In this document: one piece after another, positions 13,455-25,400 of the stretch | How the letters are laid out: each line of letters begins with the position of its first letter | Position numbering within the stretch: position 1 is the stretch's first letter | Source: the human T2T-CHM13v2.0 reference genome, Homo sapiens | Direction: 5' to 3' (one strand) | Length of the DNA stretch: 64,000 nucleotides | NCBI RefSeq assembly: GCF_009914755.1 | Contig: NC_060929.1 | Notes under the pieces: model-generated | The model's input: only the letters and a program-made list of their open reading frames with translations | The model's database searches: none | Told to the model about the DNA's origin: nothing | Position numbers and translations under genes: made by a program

Positions 13455-13890
13455 TATGGCACAGTGGGATCTTCTAGGAAAGTAGACCCTGGAGATGGAG
13501 ATTCACATGTAGCACATTTATTAGGGGATGCCACTAGGATCAATATCTGTAAAAGAGAGAGAAAGGATGTAAGAGTGGGCAGAGGGAGAAGTTGAGCTGC
13601 AAAGCAGGCCCAGTGCCAGCCTCAACTGGCTCCATAAGGAGCTCTGGCTCTGGAATGCCCTTTTATATTTGTTTCCCATGGGACCAGGATGGCTAGGCCA
13701 TTCTACTCTGACATGCATCACTCACTGAAAGTGGGAAGAGTCTTGCTCTTGAGTGAGGAAATCCCCTGCTACTGAGGCAATCCCTCAAAGGAGTAAGAAA
13801 TGAAAGCTCCTGGCCTGGAGCACCTGCAACATCTGAAACAAGAAATCCTTCATTGAACAGGATCTGGGCAGCACACCAGAGTGATCACAG
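13455..13890 (-). mobile_element. LTR16-family (ERVL) solo LTR
   Basis: gagtgggcagagggagaagttgagctgc...ggagctctggctctggaatgccc...ggatctgggcagcac. Confidence 0.7.
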
Positions 13891-14117
13891 TCAGCAGCTA
13901 TACCAGTGACAACAGATGAATATCAACTCTGCCTTTAGCCCCTAGGGTATGACACCTGGCCTACCAAGGCTGTGCCTAAACTCTTTGGACTGATTCAGAA
14001 TCAAGCAAGTCCTAGCCTAAAGAGAGGAGTTTAATGTCATGCTACGCTCTAGCCCAATATTTGCTGACTTGTAATTCAGTCATTAAAAAAATTCTTTTTA
14101 TCTTCACATAGTTTTAG

Positions 14118-14463
<346 letters not shown>

Positions 14464-16894
14464 AAATCTATTCTTATATTTTATTGTAACCTCAGAAAAG
14501 AATGCTTTTTTGAGGACTAGAGTTCTGTCTCTTTTATTGTCTTCTCCTTTCTCTTTCCCAAACCTATAACTCTATTTTGCTTAGCACACAATGAATAATC
14601 AGATGTCTTAAATTGTGGCTTACATAATTACTAGTATAACTTTTTTGCTTTTTTTTATTTCATTTTAATCTGTTCATGAGGACTGTTACCCAGGTATTTA
14701 AAAAATCTCACTCCATTGTTTTAAGGTTAGTGGTTCCAAAGGGATTTTAGAGACCCTGACCCAATAATAGTTATATTTTTCTAAGTGGTTCTGAAGCAAT
14801 GGTCACAAGTAAGAAACTGCAGTTCAAAACACATCATAGGTTTGTTATTTTCCAAATTCTTATTAAAGCATTAATGCAAATGGAATTTTCCTACTAGTAT
14901 TCTGCTTTCTCTAATCCTTGACAGGACTAATTGCTAAACTATAATATGATTTATTATAATTTTATGTTTATATTAAAAATATAGAATATGATTGCCCTTT
15001 GATGTCAAATACTAAAGATCCTGCTACTATTTTAGTTGTGCTGGTTCTTTTCTTCCTTATCTTTCATTCACCTTTTCAATTCATCTCATAAACATTTAAT
15101 GAAAAACTTATTGTGTATCAAGGGTTGTTTATTATATGATTTGTAATTCAAAAACTTTCTTTCTCTGGTCTGAGAATTTTAGAAACATGAAAAGAAAGAG
15201 GGAGGGAGACCAACTGAGAGTATAAAAATAAATCTGGCATTTATTAACAGTTAACCAATTTCTTTTTTCTATAATAATTTATCTACTAAACTGTATTTTT
15301 TAAATTATTGTTTTAGTTTTTGTTGCATATATTTAAGGTATACAACATGATGTTTTTTATAATTACTAGAGTGAAACAAATTAACAAACTCATCTCCTAC
15401 ATAGTTATCTTTTGCGTGTATGTGTGTGGTAAGAGCTCCAGAAATCTACTCTATTAACAAATTTCCAATATGCAATACAATATTATTAATGATAGTCTTT
15501 CTGCTGTACGTCAGATTCCTAGACTTATTCATCCTTCATAACTGCTACTTTGTACCATTTGAACTACGTTTTCACATCCCCTGTGAAAATGGGAGGGGGG
15601 CCGTACCATTTGCATGGAATATCTTTTTCCATCACTTACCTTTTAGTGTATGTATGTACTCAGATCTAAACTGAGTTTCTTGTGGAAACCATACAGTTGG
15701 ATCTTCATTCTTTACCCATTCAGCCATTCTGTATCTTTTTTATTGAGGAGTTTAGACCATTTACAATTTAAGTAATTATTGATAGGGACAGATTTAAGCT
15801 TGCCATTTTGTCAACTGTTTTCTATTTGTTTATAATTCTTTTTTCTCTTGCTCTCTTCTTCAGTGTTTTGTTGGATTTTTATGCTGATAGGTTTTGATTT
15901 CTTCTTTTGTGTAACTTCTATATATTTTTTCTTTGTTGTCACCAAAGGGCTTACATAAAATATTTTAGAGTTGTAACTGTCCAATTTATGCTGATAGCAA
16001 CTTAGCTTCCTTTGCTTATAAGAACTCTCTGCTTTTACCTCTTCTCCCCCATTATATGCTACTAATATCCCAATGTACATCTGTTTATATTGTGTATGTA
16101 GTAACATAATTTAGTTATAGTTGTTTTAATACTTGTCTTTTAGTTTTTATAGTAGAATGAACATATTTACCTACCACTGTTATAGTAATACAGTATTCTG
16201 TATTATTTTTTACCAATGTGTTCCCTACTCTGCTGCTTTCTTTTTGTTTCAATTTTAAGAGCTATCTTTGGCATTTCTTATAAGGCAAATCTAGATAAAC
16301 TCTCTCAACTTTTGTTTGTCTGAGAAATTATTTATCTTGCCTTTATTTTTGAAGGACAGGATTGCTGGGTATAGCCGTCTTTGTTGTTAGGTTTTGTGTT
16401 TTTTTTTCTTTTTTCAGCACTTGGAATATATCATTCAACTCCCTTCAGGCCTGCAAGGTTTCTGCAGAAAAATCGTCTGATAATACTACAGAGATTTCAT
16501 TATAAGTAGCAAGTCACTTCTCTCTTGCTGCTTTCAAAATTCTCTTTGTCTTCAACTTTTAACAATTATAATGTGTCCTGGCGTGGGTCTCTTTGGATTC
16601 ATCTTATTTGGTGTCGTTTGGGCTTCCTGGATCTGGATGTTTATTTTCTTCCCGGGACTGGAAAATATTCAACCATTATTTCTTTGAATTTTTTTCTCTC
16701 TCTCTTCTCCTTTTGTATATTCCGTAATATGTATATGGGTTCACTTGATGTTATTCCAAAATTCCCTTAAGCTATCTTTACTTCTCTTCATTCTTTTTTC
16801 TTTTTGCTTCTCTGACTGGATAATCATCAATAATCTGTTTTTGAGTTAGCTGATCTTTTCTTCTGTTTGATTTAGTCTTCTCTTGAATACCTTC

Positions 16895-17960
16895 TGAGTA
16901 AAAACAAACAAACAAACTGTTTTTCCTCTGCTTTCACAGTTCAACAGCAATCAGTAAAGAAGCCCTTTGTGACAAAATGTGTGTTTAGGGAAGGGGTGGT
17001 TTCCTTCACACAACAAGTAAGCAATCAGTTCTGCAGTAAATACCAGTTTGGTGTCCTCTAATTCAATTCCAACACTTCTACTGAGAGATCCTACAGATTG
17101 GGGGCTCAGTCCCCGAGACTGTCTTCCTCAACCAACTTCCAATGCCAATTGCAAACCCCAGGTTATTTTGCCTGTACTTCTTACTGACTGGCTATAAACT
17201 GAGGTTCCCACAACCCCCTTCTGAGGTTCAATTAATTTGCAAGAGTGGCTCATGGAACTTGGAAACACTTGCTTATGTTTATGAGTTTATTATAAAGGAT
17301 ATTTTAAGGGATACAAACAAACAGCCAGAAGAAGAGATGTCTAGGGTAAGGTCAGGAAGGGTCATGAGTACAGGAGCTTCTGTCCTTGTGGAGTTGGGGT
17401 ACACAACCCTTCGGACATGTAGATGAGTTCTTGTTCACCTTCCTGTAAGCCTTCACATGTATAGCTGTCTAGAAGCTCTCTAAATCCTGTACTCTTTGGC
17501 CATTTATGGAGACCTCATTGGATAGGCATGATTGACAATCATGTGGAAATGTGATTGGACAAAAAGAGTATTAGCTAGTGCTAACAGACTGAATGGAAAA
17601 CCCAGAAAGGCCTGTCTGTTCAGATTCTTCCTGGTCTCTCTCTGCAGCATTCTTTCCTCCAGGGAATGGGGCAGGACCTTTTTTGAAATGAAAATCTTAT
17701 GACCTACAATCAGACAAAGTAGGTCAGAGAATTTCTTTATGGCCAGAGGCAGGGGAAGACTTAAGTGTATTTTTAGTTTCTGTTGCCTGCCTTATGGAGA
17801 AAAAGGAACAGGTGAATAGAGGGTAAGAGAAAGTCATAGAGAGATTTCTGTTTTTTGAGGCCTGCTTCTAATGTCTAAAGCACCCCAGCATTATAATAAA
17901 AGACTGTAATAAGAGCTAAGGAAGTTATGAGCCAGGAACTGTGGACAAAGTAATATCACA
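16895..17960 (-). mobile_element. MER21A/B solo LTR nested in L1
   Basis: tg...aatatcaca termini; ggtgtcctctaattcaattc and gagccaggaactgtggac motifs. Confidence 0.85.
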
Positions 17961-18345
17961 CCCCTCTATTTTTTTTTTTTTTAGTTTACTTACTGTATTA
18001 TTTATTTCCATGATTTCTGTTTGGTACTTTTTAATATTTTCTATCTTTTTGTTGAAATCTCACTTTGTTCATGCATTGCTCACATAAACTCAGTGAGCAT
18101 CTTTATGGCTGTTATTTTTAATTCTCTGTGAAATCAGTTACCTCCATTTCATTAGGGTCAGTTTATAGAGGATTTATCTAGTTCTTTTGTTTGAAATATA
18201 TTTTCCTATTTCTTTATTTTCCTTGACTACCTAGAGCTTTCTTTAAATTATATGAAATAGCCATCTCTCCCAGTCTTGTCAAACTGGCTTTGTGTAGCAG
18301 AGGTACCTCACCAATCAACTTGACCAGAGATTTGTGGTGCCTCTT

Positions 18346-18660
18346 TTTTTTTTTTTTTTTTTTTTTTTTGAGACAGAGTTTCACTCTTGTTGCCTAGGCT
18401 GGAGTGCAATGGTGCCATTCAGCTCACCCCAACCTCCACGTCCCGGGTTCAAGTGATTCCCCTGTCCCCTGTCTCAGCCTCCCGAGTAGCTGGGATTACA
18501 GGCATGCACCAACACGCCCGGCTAATTTTGTATTTTTTTTAGTAGAGATGGGGTTTCTCCATGTTGGTCAGGCTGGTGTCGAGCTCCCGACCTCAGGTGA
18601 TCCGTCTGCCTCGACCTCCCAAAGTGCTGGGATTATAGATGAGAGCCACCGCGCCCGGCC
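18346..18660 (-). mobile_element. AluSp nested in L1
   Basis: tttctccatgttggtcagg and cccgacctcaggtgatcc diagnostics. TSD tgtggtgcctctt / tggggtgcctctt. Confidence 0.95.
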
Positions 18661-19547
18661 TGGGGTGCCTCTTAAACTTTTGTGCTTATTCAAACCACCA
18701 GTTTTGTTCTTAGTGGCCCTCGGTAGGAATGTCCCAAGTCCTAAGTTAGTGACCAAGGTAGAGAAACCTGTCCCTCAAGAAGCAGCTAGAAATATTGGGG
18801 CTCTAGATGAGTGGTCCATCTTCCTCTCTCCTCAGGGATAAGCTGGGAGCTGGACTTTATACCCCACTCACTCTGCAGTCCAGATAGAGGATCTGTGCCA
18901 AATGCTTGTGCTCTATTTCAGACAATGCTCTCTTTAAACATTTACTTTGCTCTCTCAAATGGCAGGTCTCATTAGCTGTCCTGGATAAGTGAATTAGCTG
19001 GAAGCTTGGTTATGTTTCTGGAGTGAGGAGCTGCAGGAAGTGCCCTCATGCCTGTTCAGACTCCCGGAGTTCTACTAATTGCCTGCTCCATCAGCTCCCT
19101 GATGCAGGCTAATTAATAGCTTAATCCACGGACAGCAGCTAGGAAAGTCAGAATATTATGTATGCAGTCTAACTCCGTCCAGGGAGAAACTGAGAGCTGG
19201 GTGTTTTTGCTTGCTCACTCTTCACTGAGCTTGGGGAACTAGCTGCTGGTAGTGCACATGAGCTCATTTAAAACCACTTCTTTGTTCCTTGTGGTCTTGG
19301 GGGACACATAAATGCCAGTCCCCCATAGCTCCCAGAGCTAGGTGATTTCAGAGCCAGTCTCTCAGGTGGGAGCTGTAAAAGTTGGGGTGCTCAATGTATG
19401 GACAAACTCCTTCCAGGAGAGATTAGATGCTTGATTTTATCATTGGATTGAGCTGGGGGAGAAGGCACAGGAAGTGCCCACACACTAGTGCCCACATACA
19501 TACCCTTTCAAGCTCCCAGAGGTCTTACTAATTACCTGCCCCACTGG

Positions 19548-19971
19548 CTCTTAGTCCACTTAGTAATGCTATAAGGAATACCTGTTGCTGGGTAATTTAT
19601 GAGGAAGAGAGGTTTATTTGGTTCATGGTTCTGCAGGCTGTACAGGAAGCATGATGCTAGCATCTGCTTCCAGTGAGGGCTTCAGGCTGTTTCCACTCAT
19701 GGTAGAAGGTTAAGGGGAGTTGGCATGTAGAAATCACATGGCAAGAGATGAGGCAAGAAAGAAAGAGGAGAAGGTGCCAGGCTCTTTTCAACAATCGGTT
19801 CTCTCGTAGAAACTAAGACTGAGAACTTAACCACTGCCCTGACAAGGGCACCAAGCCATAAATGAGAGATCATTCTTATGACCCAGACACCTCCCACAAG
19901 GTCCACCTCCCACACTGGGGATCAAATTTCAACATGAAGCTTTCTGGGGCCAAACAAACTGCATCAAAATC
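19548..19971 (-). mobile_element. MSTB-like MaLR solo LTR nested in L1 5'UTR
   Basis: ttagtcc...gggtaatttatgaggaagagaggtttatttggttcatggttctgcaggctgtacaggaagcatg...ggggatcaaatttcaacatga. Confidence 0.85.
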
Positions 19972-20214
19972 GGGCTCCCAGTTTTAGACTATGTAGAACT
20001 TTAATCCTTGGGCAGCAGCTGGGAAAGTGCAATAAAACCCCTACCAGAGAGAAACTAGGAGTTGGGCAATATCGCCTGTTCACTCTGTACTAAGCCTGAG
20101 GGAATTGGGGTAGGAAGTTCTTGCACACCTGTTTAAAATTGCCACCTTGTTCTCTGTGGTCCAGAGATAATTGCAAATGCTGAGCCTATCTGCTTCCAGA
20201 GCTAGGTGAATTGG

Positions 20215-20536
20215 TGATTATGGTTTGGCTCTGTGTCCCCACCCAAAGATTGATCATGGGGACGGTTTCTTCCAAGCATTCTCATGATAGTGAGTGAGCT
20301 CTCACAAGAGCTGATGAAGTTTTAAAGGTGTTTGGCAGTTCCCCCTTTGCTCACTTTCCCTCTCTCCTGCCACCATGTAAGATTTGCCTTGCTTCCCCTT
20401 CACCTTCCACCATGATTATAAGTTTCCTGAGCCCTCCCCAGCCATGTGGAACTGTGAGTCAATTAAACCTCTTTCCTTTTTAAGTTACCCAGTCTCAGGT
20501 AGTTTCTTTCTAGCAGGGTGAAAACAGAATAATATA
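20215..20536 (+). mobile_element. THE1D-like MaLR solo LTR with short internal deletion
   Basis: tgattatggtttggctctgtgtccccacccaaa...gaactgtgagtcaattaaacctctttcc...aatata. Confidence 0.88.
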
Positions 20537-20697
20537 AGGAGCAAGTCCCTCAGGGAGGAGCTGTAAAAGTTGAGGTGCTATATGTGTGGTCCCAACCCTT
20601 TAACTTCTAAGAAGGTAAAGCTAGGAGTTGGGTTTCCTTCCTGATTACAAAGTGATGTGCCTGGGTGGTGCTATTGGTGTGAATTAACCAATTTCTT

Positions 20698-21060
20698 AAA
20701 CATCAACTAGGTGTTCCAAACTGTGCTAAGGGCTAGGGAAAAGGCTTTGTTATCCTTATTCTGAGAGAGCTTATAGTCTGATTAGGAATAAGAAAACTGA
20801 CACAAAATAACAGCAAATAACAAGGCAACATAATCAGTTGCTACATGTTATGGTGGTATATAAATGATGGTAGAATTTAGAAAACTGAAAGGGGACAGGA
20901 TAGACAAGAGTGGTCAGGAAGGCTGCATGGAAGAGAAGGAACTTGATTTGGGATAGAAGAAGGGGCTGGGATTTGGGAAGACAAAACAAAAGAAGAGGGC
21001 CATTCCAGTATCCAAGTAATGACAGATAGAGGCACAGGGCATGTATTAACACGAGAATAG
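20698..21060 (-). mobile_element. L2 (host of the L1; its tail continues at ~15235-15264)
   Basis: ctgtgctaagggctaggg...gagagcttatagtctg...gtggtcaggaaggctgcatggaagag. Confidence 0.65.
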
Positions 21061-21279
21061 CAGAAGTTTGATGTTGGTTAGAACTTACTACCAACTTCTT
21101 ACAGAACTTTCCTCTAAGAATTATGAGTTTGAAAACATTCAACACCTCAATCTACTTTCAAGATTTCCTGGCAAAGTGAAGGAAGCAAATACCTTTATTA
21201 TTTTACAACTGAAGTTACCTGTTTTGTCAGTTATGATCTAGGCTGATTCTAACTACCTATGGGCAACCTAGAACAGTCA

Positions 21280-21480
21280 AAAGAGCTAGGAATTCATTCA
21301 AAAGACCAAAATCTGCATTGTCTGGTAGTGTGAGCATGAGCAAATCACTTCATCTCCTTGAGCCCCAGTTTTCTCATCTAGGAATGAAAAGTAGAGCCTT
21401 ATCTATCTGACCAGGTTATTATGCTATTAAGTTATATAAGTAAATGTGAAAATTCTTCTTAAACAATAAAACAATATAAA
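21280..21480 (+). mobile_element. MIR
   Basis: Core gagcaaatcacttcatctccttgagccccagttttctcatctaggaatg. Confidence 0.75.
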
Positions 21481-22249
21481 TTTTAGTTGGTACTTTTGTT
21501 AACATCTACACTAGACCACGTTTATATAGGTAATTTAAAAATAAAAAAGAATGGGGAATTCATTCTTATGTCATGGATTTATATTTTTTTTGTAGTACAA
21601 AGTTAATCGCTCAGCAGTGTTTGTTACATTTCAAGTAGCAACCATCATATTGCCATGAAATTTATTTAGTAACCCCTAACTACTTTTTTTTTAATGAAAT
21701 AGCATAGAATGAAAGTATAGTGTATATTGTACTTTTTAGGGCAGTAGATTATATCATTTGTCATAAAGATGAGTGTCGTTTAGTGACACACAAAGGCATA
21801 AGTGACATACACACTGGTCAAAATGTAAAATATATTTCTTTTTGTGGATTGTTGTCAAAGAAGATTGAAAGACACTAATTAATAATATAGTATTTCAAAT
21901 ATAAAATCCTCAGTCTTCATATTTTGAACCCTCAAATTAAACTAACCAAAAAGATAAATTTCAGAGAAAAGTTATTTTATGTAAAGAAAGTGAGATTTTG
22001 ATGAAATGAGACATGCTACCACATATTCTTTATTTTCTTCTTATGTCTCTTGCTGAAACCCAAATTCTGTCTTCACTTCTGCTGCCCAAGTATACAAAGC
22101 AAAGGGATTTTTTGTGTGTGTTTCCATCAAAAGCTACATGCCTAGAAACTCATTGTACTCTATTTTTTCTGGTAGCTCTTGAGTTGTTTATTTTAACTAT
22201 CAATCAATATTATATAATTTAAAAATAAAAACTTAATTTGTGACAAAGT

Positions 22250-22675
22250 AAGTTTTCAGTCTGGGTTCAGGAAAGAAAGGGATGGCATATGCAAAAATGA
22301 TGTAACCAGGAAGAATGCAATAATATGTCTATGTACAAGAGGGGTGATAGAATTAAGGAAACCAACCAAAGATGGTGAAGAACCCAGAGCTAAGAAAAGG
22401 GTACTAGCTCCCAGGCCTGAAAGGTCACAGTGTTCTAGGTTCCAGAAGTGACACTGAGCAGTGGGAGAGGAGCAATATTACTAGTGCCATCATGGGAAAC
22501 CAGTCTTTTCAGGAAAGAGAGAGGCATGGAGGGGACAGGTGCCAATGGCTGAACCCAATGAAGACCAAGGGTTCTGGGCAATGTCATCTGTAATGGCCAA
22601 CTTCCTGGGGCACAGAGCAGGGAAGACGAGAGTGGAAAATGAGTGTGGAGCAACAAATGGGGAGTAACCAGCAAC
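22250..22675 (-). mobile_element. ERVL-related solo LTR (LTR50/LTR67B-like)
   Basis: ttaaggaaaccaaccaaagatggtg...aatggctgaacccaa...cctggggcacagagcaggg. Confidence 0.55.
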
Positions 22676-23761
22676 CTATTATATGAATGATCATTTTTCA
22701 TGTCAGATGGTGGCATATAGCTTTTCTACTCAAATTCAGTTTCCTTCCTCTGTTTGCTAACTGGCCTAGACCAATCCTGATCTAGCCCATGGTAGTTTAC
22801 TTTGGTTCCTAGCTGTTGGGTAGCCAACCAGTGGTGTCTTCCTGCAGGAACTTCTTAGAAGGGCCAAAGATAAAGGATGAAGTGTCCTCATTGATTTCAT
22901 AGACACAACCAGTTCTAGATCACTGGTTCAAAGAGGGTAATAAATTAGTAAAGTGGGAGAACACGAAATTAGGAAGATTCATTTCTGCTTTATTGTGAAC
23001 TGGGTCAATTTTTGCTTTCTTAATATTAATCTTGAAGAAGATATCCTTTGAAATCTCAAAATCCTTTTCTGTAATTTAAAAACAACCTTACCATCTGTGT
23101 CCTCTGTCATATGGTACAATATTCAAGAGGGTGAAATAATGGTCCAGTGACTAAGAAAAACCTTAAAGGATAAATTGGCCTTAGTGACTGTCACTAAAAT
23201 GTAAACATGGCTTTAAAAAGTAAATCAGGAGGCATGAAAGGGGCTTGACAGCTAAGGCTCTCAGGAAGGTTCTAGAAAGACATGAAGCACAATTTTATAA
23301 GTGTGATATAGGAGTTACTCTTCTTTTTTTATTCATGTGTCATAGAAGGGAAAGGAAATTTCTAAAGGAGTAAGACCAGCCAGATATCACAAGAATATAC
23401 AGGAATGTAAGGATAGCATGTTCAAGGGCAACATGAGGAGTCAAAGAAAATGTCCTGGATGCCAAGACTAGCTGTGTTCTTGCAGCTGCTGGCTCCTCCT
23501 TGGCAAACACACCATTGGCAATGAACTGATCTGATGTGAACCCCTCTAAGTCCTTGAGACTTTCTTTTTATTGCAAAGCTTGCCAGCCTCTTTACCCAGT
23601 ACATGTACTCCACTCTAAGAAGAAAAAACAAAACTAAGTGACTGCTAAGCTCATGGACAATGTTTTTGGGTCTCTCCAGCAGCCAGCTAGTGGCTGACTA
23701 GGTAAAATCATTTATTTTTCTCAAGATGTTGTGATTCTGGGAATGCAGGGTTTGGCTGCCA

Positions 23762-24238
23762 TGTTAGCCTGGATTTTCTGAGATGCATCCCTGCAAGAGA
23801 TTCACTGGGAAATTAGATGTGCAAGAGATTTATCTGGGGAAATGCCTATGAGGGAAAATGGAGAAGGAGCTGCAGAAGGCTGGAAGAGATGACCACTGCA
23901 GTACAGGTCTAATCCCAGTGGAAAAAAAAAAAGGAGAGAAGGAATGAGAAAAGGGAAAGAGAGAAGGAGGGAAGAAAGGAAAGAGGTAGGGAGGGAGGGA
24001 AAGTCTTAGACATCAGTGCAGTGCCAAGAAAGTTTTGGCAAGGCTGATGGGGAGTCTTCAAACCAAAGTCACTTGAAAGAGGAATCCCCTCATCATCCCT
24101 CTAGGAATGGGCCTGCCTTGGTGTCCTTGTCATGCAAAGTCACTGGCTGGGTGGATTTCAGAGCATAGCAGCTGAGGGCATAGGCCAGTTACACTCTGCC
24201 ATAGGAGGCTTGAGAGATGCATTTTCATAGCTGCCACA
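23762..24238 (-). mobile_element. LTR16-family (ERVL) solo LTR with internal purine-rich tract
   Basis: gcaagagatttatctggggaaatgcct...gttttggcaaggctgatggggagtc...tagctgccaca. Confidence 0.65.
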
Positions 24239-24539
24239 TTTGCCACTGAAACCTTCTGGGAGTGATGGGTTGTGCTGGAAGAATTTGAAGATACTATCTT
24301 ATGCTCCAGATAAAGAAATGCATTGATGAAGGCCCTTCACTATTAGATTTATTTTTGTGTGTCCCAACTATTATATAAATTCCCCTATCAAGGAATTTTC
24401 AATGTTTTCTCCTTGCCCTTAGATATGTGATCTTATATCCCAGGTTTGCTGAGACATTCCTCTTACAGATAGTTCTACTGGCTCATGAGTGTAATGTGTC
24501 TAAATGTATGGTTGGAAAAATGTGGTTATTAGATCTAAA

Positions 24540-25400
24540 TTTTAAGTCCAAATTTCCTTAGCCTGAAGTTTAGAGTCTTCCACAGTCTAGTCCCAACCAC
24601 TTTTTCCAACCTTAATTACCATTGCACTTTATCCTGTATTTCAATTCATTTGAAATATTTGCTCCTTTCTAAATTACTCTTGCTTACCCACCACTATCTC
24701 TTTGTTCATACTGTTCTCTTCAACTAAGGTTAATTAATCAACATGTATTTATTGCCCCCTTCCCATGGGCCAAGCCCTGTGCTTAGAACTGTATGTTAGG
24801 GGACAAAACGCACATGGTTTCTGTCTTCTTAGAGTTTGAATTTAGTAGAAGAGGAACAGACAAATACACAGGTCAATGGACAGTGCATGCTTACAAATCA
24901 TGTGACAGTGTCAAAAGTAAACAAAGAGGGTTCCCTGACAGAGAATTAGAGGAAGGTTTTATTTTAGATAGACCTATCAGGAAAGAAATGGCATTTCAGC
25001 GGGAACTTGAATGATAAAGGGAATGTAGTTACTAAGGACTTAAGTCCTGCAGGTACCAGTTCCATCATCTTCAAGATATTGCCATGATCTTCACAAAATC
25101 TTTACTGACTCATCATTGGACTCTCAACCAATTTTAGCCCTGTGCTATCTGCATCTTTTATATCACAGAAAGTGTTGAAGTTCATACTATATACTAAATG
25201 TGTTTGTCTCCAATCAGACTATAAGATTGTGGAATGTTAGACCCATGTGTGATGTATGCCTTTGTATCCTATCAGATTATATGATTTTGGAAGGTTAGAG
25301 CTATGTCTGTATCCAGCATAATATTTATCTCTGTATCTGCATGATACTTAGGATAATAGTATGTGGCCACATCCAACAAATACTTGTTGAATGAATAAAC
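24540..25400. mobile_element. L2 fragments (plus-strand copy split by a minus-strand copy at ~24730-25030)
   Basis: L2 tails aaatacttgttgaatgaata (+) and caacatgtatttattg...ctgtgcttag (-). Confidence 0.55.

Larger units (their letters stand above)
15265..20683 (-). mobile_element. Ancient L1 (L1MA-type 3' end, L1M ORF1 and 5'UTR) lacking most of ORF2; hosts 4 nested elements
   Basis: Perfect 14-bp TSD ttaaccaatttctt at 15251-15264 and 20684-20697. 3' tail 15265-15581; ORF2-start/ORF1 remnants from 15603; repeated 5'UTR units ~19060-20600. Confidence 0.8.

Noticed and set aside
23920-24003. Purine-rich tract as functional H-DNA
   Set aside because: Low-complexity stretch inside an LTR16, with no clear mirror symmetry.
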